A stretch of 64,000 nt of DNA from positions 13,888,001 to 13,952,000 of the forward strand of contig CDPCPM010000056.1 in the NCBI GenBank assembly GCA_976551045.1. Direction: 5' to 3'. Positions 53,383 through 64,000 of the stretch are shown here, piece after piece (the first letter of the stretch is position 1; each line of letters opens with the position of its first letter). The stretch comes from Glaucostegus cemiculus (Eukaryota). The position numbers and the translations under genes were made by a program. Below the pieces are notes generated by a model that saw only the letters and a program-made list of their open reading frames with translations, had not been told where the DNA came from and ran no database searches.

Positions 53383-55379
53383 GTTAGTGTGTGTTTAACC
53401 GTCGTTGTTCCAGTGCAAATATCTGTTGCAAGCTCAAATAGAAGAACTGCCGGAGTTGAGGTGAACTTGTGCATATTAGCAGACTTGTATTTGAGGCGAT
53501 TTGACTGTAAGGACCGTTGTTTCAATGTTTGGTTGCAGTGTTGTTTGCTTCCTGTTTATACTGTAATTTTGACATATTTGCACATTAACAATGTTTGGAA
53601 CACGCATGTCAGCAAATGCACTTTGTTAGCATGTTTTAAATGTGGCCACAGATAGCTCGGTCTAATTTGGGAGCAGTGTCAATGACCAGTAGTAAAACTG
53701 CTGTCACAGAAGTTCACTTTCAAATAGTTTGCTTGAAGTATCTCGAGCGCTGTTGAATATTTTGTTGCTTTCAGCAAAGGCCATTGCATCCTATTTATAT
53801 GGTTCGTTGCTGGAGTAACTTTCTTGAATATCCACTCTGTTGAAACTGGTTTATCAAACCTAATTTTAACTGGAAACCTTGAGCTAGCAGAAGATTTCTT
53901 CCAGCTACGATCTATGTAATATTTAAATGTTGTGTAATGAACGTCTAGGTTATTACTGTTTTCTTTCCAGTTCTCTTTACCCCTGATGATTTCCCACTCT
54001 GAATCCGTGCATTTGTTCAGGTAGCATGGCTTTTCGACTTTGTAACTTGTAACTTTGTTTTGGCTGTAGCACGAGTGCCCGTACCTGAACCTGTGCCAAA
54101 TCTCAAAGGCCTGCTGTAGTTAAACATAGACCCAGATGTCCTGCCCATATTGCAGATGTCCTGCCTTTCCCCTACTCCACAGTATGCTCAACCATCCATA
54201 AGTGAAGAACAGCCAGTAGGTGTTGATATTTTTATCTTGGAGCTAATTGGGAGAAGGGCAGGAGATGTTAACTGTCTTTGTGGGTGATAGAGTTCCTGAG
54301 CTGTTGAATCCCTTGGGGAGGACATCATATAACTCCTCCAGTAAGCTCTCCAACAAAAGGCATCTCCCTCCAGCTTCTCTTGAATATTCCCCTTTGGGCC
54401 ACTTCACGATCTTGTTCTTAGGAGAAACATTTTGTTTTTGCTGATCTGTGCCCAACTGTTACTTAATTAACTTCTTTGCTTGGCACAAAGAGTAACTGAG
54501 ATTATAAATTGCTGTCTTGCTCAGGAACTGCCCTCTGCCTTTGCAACACTCACTTGCCTGGTAAATTCTTGCTCTCTCACTCTCACTTCTTTGTCAGAAA
54601 AAATTATCCTTAGTGTCCTGTGATTTTAGTGGTTGGGGTTCTGTGCATTTATCACTGTGGCCTGAGTTTGGTCCCCACTCAGGGTAAATGTTGTGTGTCA
54701 GTTGTTTAATTTCTTACAGCTTTAAGATGAGAAGGGTGAAGTTTAAAGGAGATTTATAAGACAGGTTCTTTACACGGTAGTAGGTGTCTGGAATGTGCTG
54801 CTGGGGAAGGGGTGGCAGGAGACAATAGCAATGCGTAACAGGTATTTAGACAGGAACATTAACAGACAGGGCATGATTGGCACAGACATCACGGGCCAAA
54901 GGGTTTGTCCGTCCGCTGCATTGGTCTATGTTCTACTATGGAGTGCAGGAGACAGAGCCCCAGAGAGTTCAGAAGAAGCACAGGAAACAGGAACTCAGAA
55001 TTTTAAACAAAAAGCCAGGGAATTAAAAACCTTTGTTTAGGGTACGTAAAACGGTAAGTAATATAACATTAATAGTTTTTAAGAATTTTATATCTGTAAA
55101 TAGATCTGATAAATATAGGCATGGTGGGTACTCCAATTCTGACTTGTGGAATGCAGGTCCTGTGCCTTTGGGAAGTCCAGGATGCTTTCTGTATCCTGGG
55201 TGACTATAGGTAAAGGAAGTGTCATTAATTGGAGGAGCTTGAGAGTCAGCTGAAATCACTGTGGTCTATAAGTGTGATCGAGTGTATCATCCTGCAACGT
55301 GGGAGTGCTGGCAGAGATAGAACAGATGGCAGCCAGACAGAGAGGGGATAAAAATAAGCAGGTAGATGTTGTAGGAGAT

Positions 55380-58300
55380 CCCAAGGATGAACCAAGGCTA
55401 ATTGGCTGGCTCAACTTCGTATGAGAGGAGAAAGGTTAAGCGAGCAATAGTTATAGGGGATTCTATGATTTGGGGGTTAGATCATCATTTCTACAGTCAC
55501 AGACGTGATTCTGGGACGGTTTAGTTTCCCCCCACACCCCACACCCCACACCCCACACCCCCACCACCAGTGCCGGGGTGGGTGGATGGCTACACGAAGT
55601 TTTGGAAAGCAAAAGTACAGCTAAAGGTCCATATCAGTACCAATGACATTGGTTTGAAGAAAAGGGATGAGGTCCTGCAGAAAAATCTCAAGGAGTTAGG
55701 AAAGGAATTCTGAAACAGGACTTCAGCTGCGGTAATCTTCAAATTACAGTGTGTTACAAGCTAATGTGTATAGAAATAGGAGGAGAGAACAGATGTAGAT
55801 GTGGCTGAAAAGATGGGGCAGGAGGGAAGGGCTTTGGATTCCTTGGGTATTGGGACCTGTAGAGGCACACGTATTGATGAACTGCAGGCACAATAACCCA
55901 ACTCTCTTCAATGAAGGTTGAAAGTAATTTAGTTCAGTTGAAGCCAGGATCTTGCACCTGAGTAAAGCAAGTTATGAAGCTGTGCGTTAGCTTTGGTAGG
56001 TTGGAAAACTCCATTAAAGGTACGATAGTAAACTAGCAATGGGTAAGTTTTAAAGAGTTAACACATAGTTTCCAAGAAATATACATCTCTTTCAACACAG
56101 AACAAAATAACAGGAAAAGTGATCCAACTTTGGTTATGAAAAAAAGTTAAAGAAGGTATTGAATTAAAGGAAAAGACTTACAATATTGCCAAAAGCAGGA
56201 AGTCTGAAGATTCAGAACATGTTTAGAATTCATTAAAAGAGAATCAAGACATTGTAAGGAAAGGGAAAATAGATTTTACAAGAGCAGGCCTGTGAGAAAT
56301 ATTGAGACATAGAAGCAGATTGTAAAAGCTTCTATAATTTTTCAAAAAAAGAAAAAGACTAGCAAAAGTCAATGTTGTCCCATTCGTGAATGAGGCAGGG
56401 TAAAGACCTGGCAGAGAAATTAAAAATATGTCGCTGAGGTCCATTAGCATGATTCAGTTTTTTGCGTGTAATGTGTTTTAGGAAGTGATCACCCTGCAGG
56501 GAAGAAGATGCAAGAACTTCCTGAAAATAGTGGAGAATTACAGGTTTAGAGAAAGTGAGGAACATAAAGAGATTGGCATTAGTAAACTAGTACTGTGGGA
56601 ATTAATGGGCTGAAAGCTGATAAGTCCTCAGGACCTGTTGACCTTTGTCCCAGGGTTTTCAAGAAGGTAGTTATAAAGGTAGTGGATATACCACTTATCC
56701 ACATTTTAACAGATCCTAGAACAATTCTCCCAAATTGGAAGGTAGTAAATATATTGTGATAATTTAAGAAAGGAAGGAGAAAACATGGAATTGTAGACCA
56801 GCCAGCCTGGCACCAGTGGTTTGGAATCTATTATTACGGAAGTGACAAAGGGGCAGTTGGAAAATAACAGTGGGATTGGGCAGAATCGCCATAGATGTAC
56901 CAAGGGAAAATCGTGTTTGACAAATCTGTTGGACTATTTTGAGGTTGGAATCGGGAGAATAGATGAGAAAGAACCAGTTGATGGAGACACGAGAGATTCT
57001 GCAGATGCTGGAATCTGGAGCAACACACACAAAATGCTGGAGGAACTCAGCAGAAAGTGCTACACCTGTCCCTACACCACCTCCCTCACCACCATTCAGG
57101 GTCCGAGACGGTCCTTCCAGGTGCATCAGCACTTCACCTGTGAATCCGAGGAAGTCATTTATTGCATCAGGTGCTCCTGGTGTGGCCTCCTCTACGTAGA
57201 TGATACCCGACGCAGATTGGGTGACTGCGTTGTCGAACACCTTCACTCCTTCCCCCACAAAAGTAAGGATCTCCCAGTGGCCACCCACTTCAATTCCGCA
57301 TCCCCTCCCTTACTGACATGTCTATTCACAGCCTCTTCTGCCACGTTGGAGGAACAACACCTTGTATTCTGCTTTGGTAGTTTCTGCCCCGACAGCCTCG
57401 ATGTCGCTCGCTCTCTTCCGGTAACCCCTATCCTCCCCCTGCCTTTGTTTTCCCTCATTCCTATGGCCCCCTCACACCTTCTCTTTTCCTCCCCCCACCC
57501 TCATGACCTGTCCATCTATTCCCCACCTCCTTCCCCTTTTTCCTACGATCCATTGCCCTCTCCTACCAGATTCCTCCTCCTTCAGCCCTTTGCTTCTTCT
57601 ACATATCACCTCTCAGCTTCTTGCATCATTCCTTTTCATTCCCCCCTCCCCCACTCATCTGGACTCGCCTATCACCTGCCAGCCCATGCTCCTCCCTCAC
57701 CCCTGACCTTATTCTGGCTTCTGCCCTCTTCCTTTACGGTGAAGGATCTCGACCCAAAACATTGATGTTTATTTCCCTCCATAGATGCTGCCTGACCTGT
57801 TGAGTTCCGCTAGCATTTTGTGTGTTGCACCATTTGTTGGAGTGTGGTTATGCTTTCAGAAGACCTTTCAATGGGATGCCACATAAGGTTATAAGCAAGG
57901 TTATAGCACATGGTCTTGGGGTTAATATACTGGTGTGAATTGAGGATGAAAAACAGTTGGAATAAAAGTGTTATTTCTGGCTTGGAAAGTTGTGGCCAGA
58001 GGGGTACCATAGGCACTGGTGTTGAGCCCCAGCTGTATACAATCACTTTCAATGATTTGGGTGAGGGAATCAACTGTAATATATCCAAATTTGCTGCTGA
58101 TATAAAACTGTTTGACAGTGTTGACTTTGAACAAGATGCAGAGAGAATTCATGGATATGCACAGGCTAGTTGAAGGTGCAAAGGCTTGGCAGATGGAATT
58201 TAGAATGGAAAAATGTGCATTCATTCACTTTTTTAAAAAAAAAGCAAAGATTTTTTTTAAAGGTGAGGCATTCAAAGATGTAATTTCTAAAGGGATCTCG

Positions 58301-58945
58301 GTGTACTTGTACGTGAATCACTGCAATTTACTGTGCTAGGTTCAACAGACAATAGGAACAATGGTATGTTGGCCTTTATTGCAAGTGGATTGATGCGGTT
58401 CTCTGGAACCTACTGAGGTTGCATCTGGGACATTGTGTATAGGTCTTGTCTCTATCCCAAGGAAGAATATACTTGTGATAGAGGAAGTGCAGTAAAGGTT
58501 CAAAAGATTGATTCCTGGCATGGTGGTTTTGTCACCTGAGAAGAGATTAAATAGAATAGGCTGTACTCTTGAACTTAGAATGAAAGATGTTCTCATTGAA
58601 ACCTACAACATTTTTCTAGGGCTTAACAACATAGATGTGGCGTTGATGTTTCCTCTGGCGAGATGGCTCACAGTCTCAAAGTAAGATGTCAGCTATTCAG
58701 GACAGAAGAAAAAAAAATCTTCACTTGGACGGCAAAGAACCTTTGTAATTCACTAACCGAGGTCGCTATGGAGCCTCAGCTGCTTCACAGACAGATCAAT
58801 AGATTTTTTAAACATTAAGGAAATCAAGGGATATGGGGTTGGTGCAGTAAAGTGGCAAAGAAGTGAAAGATCAGTCATAATCTTTTCTGAATGGCCAAGC
58901 AGACACAAAGGGCTGAATGGTCTATGCTTTTTATTTCTTATCTTC
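55380..58945 (+). mobile_element. Degenerate long CR1 element (ORF1-like and RT fragments) in an AGL intron
   Basis: 'KGKSCLTNLLDYFE', 'LYTITFNDLGEGINCNISKFAADIKL' and a CR1 3' tail; many stops. Confidence 0.8.
56983..57828 (+). mobile_element. Penelope-like element fragment (GIY-YIG endonuclease plus terminal repeat) nested in CR1
   Basis: 'CYTCPY...FTCESEEVIYCIRCSWCGLLYVDDTRRRLGDCVVEH'; inverted partial terminal repeat at the 5' end and terminal repeat at 57741-57828. Confidence 0.85.
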
Positions 58946-59499
58946 CATAAGGCATTTGATCAAGTGCCTCATAATAGGCTTGTCATCAAAATTGAACACT
59001 GTGGGATAAATGGAAATTGATTAGAAAACTGGTGAAGCAATAGCGGTGACAGAGTACTACTGAAAAATTGTTTTTCGGACCGGAGGAGAGTGAACAGTGG
59101 TATTCACAAGTGGCTGATACTAGAACTCGTGGCTTTCTTAGTAGAAATAAATGAGTTGTACTTGGGTATATATCAGAAACAGAACCAAAAATAGGACAGT
59201 CAGCTCCTTGACCCTGCTCTGCCATTCAAAGAGATCTTTCACCTTATCATGACCTATCTCCATATCCCTTGATTCTTTTGATATACAGATATCAATGGCT
59301 GAGCTTCCACTGACCTCTGGGTTAGAGAATTCCAGAGATTCACCCCCCTTGCCCCCCTTTTAAGTGAAGAATGTTCTCCTAATTTCAGTCTTAAATGACC
59401 TACTCATTTTGAGTCCAGATTCCTTAAGCCAGGGGAAGCAACTTCCTCACAAATGCTCAGTCAAGCCCTCTTAAGAATTTTGTTTTTTTCAAAAGAATT

Positions 59500-60180
59500 T
59501 TGAATGTTTTAGTGGAACGATTTCCAAATTTGTAGTTGACACAGAACTTGAAAGCATAGTGAGCTACAAGGAAGATACTAATAGATTCAAAGAACATATG
59601 GGTGCAATATGAAGTTTAGTAATTTAAAAAATTGACGTGCTAAATGCTGATAGAAAATATGTAAGCAAGAATGTACAAGAAGCAAGCAAGAATGTACAAG
59701 AAGAAAGATCTGGAGGCATCTGTGCATAGTTTTTTGAAAGTTGCAAAATACATCGAGAAAGCGGTTCAAAGAGCATTTGGGATCATGGGCTTTATAGAGT
59801 CAGAGACTGTAAGTGCAAGGAAATCATGATAAACTTTCATAAAACAATGGCTCAGCCTTAACTGGAGTATTATGTTCATTTCTGGGCACCACATTTCAGG
59901 AAAGGTGAAGAGACTTACCAAAGTGCTTCCAAGGATGAAGGATTTTAGCTTTGTGGATAGACCGGAGAATTTGCAGTTGCTCCCCTTGGAAATGAAGAGG
60001 TTGTGAGGTGTTCCACGGGAGTTGCCTAGAATCATGAAAGGTATAGACAAAGTAGGTAGAAAGAAACTTCCCATTTGTGGAAGGGTCACAAACTAAGGCA
60101 TATAGAATGAAGGTAATTGGCAAATGAGCCAAAAGTGATAGGAGGGGTTTTTTGTTCACATAGCAAGTTGTTAGTGTCCC
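59500..60180 (+). mobile_element. Old CR1 fragment
   Basis: 'ctggagtattatgttcatttctgggcaccacatttcaggaa' (LEY.V.FWAPH.RK-like). Confidence 0.7.
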
Positions 60181-60469
60181 GCAATTTATAAGGGCACTAA
60201 AGAATTTTGAGTCCGTTGTCTTTCATTTACCGTGACAGTAGTCTTGGTTAGTAGTCCTCAATTAAAAATATGATTGTTTATCTCAGTATTTGCGGACATT
60301 ATTGTGTACTGACAGAGTACTCCATTTTCCTAAATTTCAGTGCAGCTGATCTTCAAAAGTATTTTGTCTGTGAATTCCTTTGGTATGTCCTGGAGACATG
60401 AGAGATGCTGAATGTAAACTCTTGCCTCTAAGCCACGGGGTGAGAATCCTGTTTCAAGGATTGATCATA

Positions 60470-60855
60470 TCAGAATCAGGTTTACTATCACAGACATACA
60501 TCGTGAAATTTGTTGTTTTGTGGCAGCCGTACAGTGCAAGACATAAAAATTACCATAAATTACAAAAAAAACATAGTGCAAATGAGGAATAAAGAGGGGT
60601 AGGGTTCATGGATAGTTCAGAAAGCTGATGGTGAAGGGGAAGAAGCTATTCCTAAAACACTGAGTGTGTGTCTTCAGGCTCCTGTACCACATCCCCAGTG
60701 TTAGTAACATGAGGAGGGCATGTCCCAGATGGTGAGGTTCCTTAATGATGGATGCTACCTTCTTGAGGCACTGTCTCTTGAAGATATCCTCTGGTGGGGA
60801 GGGTAGTGCCCGTAATGAAACTGGCTGAGTCTACAACCCTCTGCAGTCTCTTTCA
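60470..60855 (-). mobile_element. Rex1/Babar 3' fragment
   Basis: Clear similarity to 8095-8490. Confidence 0.8.
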
Positions 60856-61548
60856 ATTGGTTATCTGCCCGATACACCTTTATCATTGGATTAGATTTTA
60901 AACCAAGATGCTACTAATGGATCAGTTAAGGTGGATGTAAAAGGTCCTATGACCCTCCTGGGGGAGAAACAGGGACAATTTTTGATGTCCTAAGCAGCAG
61001 CAGCACTAGCAAATAACTTGTAATGAACCTTTATAAAACATTGGTTTGACCACAACTGGTATAAAAGCTTTAGCAGAGGAGTCAAGATTTAGGCAGTGTA
61101 GAATGAAATGAAGGAATTAGAAAATAATTACAGCCTGGAGTGCACTGCCAGAATGAGCAAAGGAGGCAGATTTGTTAGCATTCAAAAGGGAGCTGGATAA
61201 GTATGGAAAGAATTTACAGGGCAGTAGGGAGAGGGTGGGGCATGGAGCAGGGTGCAGCTGATTGGCCTGTCAAATCCACCTTGGCTGCATCCAATGACTT
61301 CATTCTGTGCTGTAAAGACCTATAAGGATTTAATTTTATCAAGAAGTTTGCTTTCTGTTTAGCTGATGTTAAAATAGCTGAAATTAATTGTTGTTAATTT
61401 TTCTTTGTAACTTTCAGAACTGTGCAAATTGTTCATAATTACAATTTTTGTATTCAGCTTTTAAGACAAGTACTGAGGTTGTTCAGCTGATGAGATGGAT
61501 CACTTCCAACCAAAACAATTCTGGTTATATTTATCTCTTGTCTTCAAG

Positions 61549-61756
61549 GGTATGAATTGCAGTTTCGCCTTGGTCCATCTTTACAAGGGAAAGATATCCA
61601 CGTGCACACAAACTATCCAATTGACAAAGGAAACTTTGAACGTTATCAGTTTCATTTACTTGAGTGGCAGAATACAACAGGAGGAGATGACTCTGATAAA
61701 TTCTGTGCAATCAATCTGCAGATGTCTGGATCATTTCAATTTTATTTTACCTATGG
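61549..61756 (+). CDS. AGL: AGL second coding exon
   Basis: [24 protein letters not shown]...[24 protein letters not shown]; AG/GT, phase 1->2. Confidence 0.96.
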
Positions 61757-62648
61757 GTGAGCTCAAATTAAGATTTGCTTCCTATTCTTAAGCAATTGAA
61801 TAACCTGTTAAACTGATTTTACAATTATTTTCACTGTTGCCCTTCCAATTTTTCTCTCAAGAAGCTGCTGAACGATTCTGGACTATGGTTCAAAAACCAT
61901 CAACTGCTTCCAGTAATCCTGCTTGTTTTTTTTTAACATATTAGGTCCAAGCAGTGAGTGACAACAGGCAGATTGACTGGAAAGTCTCACAGATGACATC
62001 CACGTGTGTGTGGCAATAAGTTGAACAAATTTGGAATATAAAACAGAAACAGAACCAGGATTAGACCTTGTGCCTCCCCTGCTGTTAACTAAAATCATGG
62101 CATATCTTTTAATTGACCACCACTTTCCTATACTAACTCTTTTCCCCTTAATATCTAACATTCTATCAATCCACCTTGAGTATGCTCAGCAGCTGAACCT
62201 CCACAGCTCACGATTCCAATGGTTTGCCACCCCTTTTTTTAATGAATTCTCAGTTCTGAATGCATTCTGTTATTGCTTTTCCTTTGTACTATCTGGATGG
62301 ACTGATGTGATGAAATGATCTGTATGGATAGCATACAAAACAAAGTTTTACACTGTACCTCAGTACATGTGACAGCAATAAACATTATTATGCTATATCT
62401 TATTTTGAGACTATGAACCCTGGTTCCAGATATCCCAGGCAGGGAAAACATGCTTCCTCCATCTTCTCTACCAATTCATTGTATATGTATCAATGAAATC
62501 ATCTCCCATTCTTTAAAATTTGAGAATATAGGCCCAGTCTGCTTACTCTGTTCTCATAGGACAATCTCAGCATCTCAGGAATAATATATTTCTACAAATG
62601 TTTGAAAATATTGAATGACTTACTGAATAATTTTGTTTTAATTTAAAG

Positions 62649-62818
62649 AAATGAACAAAAGGGTGGTTCAGGCTTTTTAGTCGTAGATCCTATCCTACGC
62701 GTTGGTCGTAACAATGAAGTTCTGCCACTGGACTGCATATGTGCCCAGACTTACTTGTCCAAATGTTTGGGACCATTGGATGAATGGGAGGATAGGCTAA
62801 AGGTTGCCAAACATTCAG
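62649..62818 (+). CDS. AGL: AGL third coding exon; gene continues beyond the window
   Basis: [56 protein letters not shown]; AG/GT. Confidence 0.96.
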
Positions 62819-64000
62819 GTAATGAAGATCTATTCAAGTACTAAATATAAAACTAATGTTATGAAATACAGCTGTAATTCAGATGGTTTATCATAACTTA
62901 ACCTGCAATATCAATAACCAACTCAAAATTAAGAGCATACAAGATGATACTGTTTTAAGTTCTTTTTAAACCATTGTGAATATTGCATAGGATTCAGGAA
63001 AATTAAATGCCTTTCTCTCCTGTCTCTGTTTCTGGCTCTCTCTGTGTTCATGATAAACTTTGTAAAGCAACACTTGGAGAGCTCCAGAACAAAGTGCTCT
63101 TCTTGATTGGCATCCCATTCACCACTCCTAGAATTCATCCCTCCAGCACTATCTGCAATGGCTGCAGTAAGTTGTTTAGGCCACAATAACAACATCTCAC
63201 AAATCTGTGATCTCTATAACCAAGAAGTACGATGGCAGCAGGTGAATGGTAACGTCACCAACTGCAGTTGTACATCATCCTGTCTTGGAAATGCCTTCAT
63301 TTTCATTGAGTCTAAATCATGGAACTCCCTATTCAACAACATTGTGGGAATACCCTCACCAGATATACAGCAGCAGTTCAAGGCGGCTCACCACCTTCAA
63401 AGCTAATTTCATAGAATTGTTTGATTTATCCAGCTTCTCCCCCCCCCCCCCCCCCAATATAAAAATATGGCTGATTATTTACTGCACTCTTTCCCTCATT
63501 CTGTTCATTGTGCAGTTGTCTTGAAGGGACATAACAAAAACATTATTTTTTTTACAATCTTTGGAGATTCTGATGAATTATTCATGTATTTTGACTCTTG
63601 TTTGTTTTGCTTTGTTTAATTCAGTGTACTTAGTTATCCTGATTGTGAAGACTTATGCCATTTAAGGCACAATATTAGCTCTACCAGTGATGTGTTTACT
63701 CTACCTCACAAAAAAAATCAATGAATAAATATACAATTTTTAAAAAATGCAGTTCCTTTTGATTTCTATAGCTACAATTCTATCAGGCAGTACATTTCAA
63801 GTCCGAATTGAAATATAATATTCCTGACACATCAAGCATACATTTCCAGGTTTGTTTCCATTTATGCTTCCAAATGATAAATGATTTTGTGTTCACATCA
63901 ACCTCTTAGCTTTTTCACCACTCATAATCAATTAATCAAAATTCAAATATAAATCTTATTCTTGGTAATATATAGTTGTCAATCACACAAGCAGATGTAA

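Noticed and set aside
56821-57765. 314-aa ORF as a host gene
   Set aside because: Chimera of CR1 and Penelope fragments with a TTG start.

Overview
Vertebrate nuclear DNA with intron-rich genes. The repeat families (CR1, Rex1/Babar, Penelope, V-SINE, Deu-SINE) suggest a cartilaginous fish; this is an inference. Three genes are present. (1) A 2.6-kb coding exon on + (2850-5451) carries AKAP2/MISP-family motifs and lies tail-to-tail with FRRS1, on the side where PALMD lies in human. (2) A complete FRRS1 on - has 15 coding exons (41912->17420, 595 aa), all GT-AG and phase-consistent. (3) The 5' part of AGL on + includes a CpG island at ~51 kb and coding exons at 53301, 61549 and 62649. Most other ORFs in the track come from retroelements or G-rich minisatellites. 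The most notable item is the AKAP2/MISP-like exon, a candidate fourth member of the PALM2-AKAP2 / PALM-MISP / PALM3-MISP3 gene pairs at the PALMD-FRRS1-AGL locus. Other points of interest are a 186-bp copy of that exon inserted in a CR1, a solo LTR with TSD, a CpG-rich 36-bp array and a candidate upstream FRRS1 exon. All family assignments come from motif recognition by eye; no searches were run.
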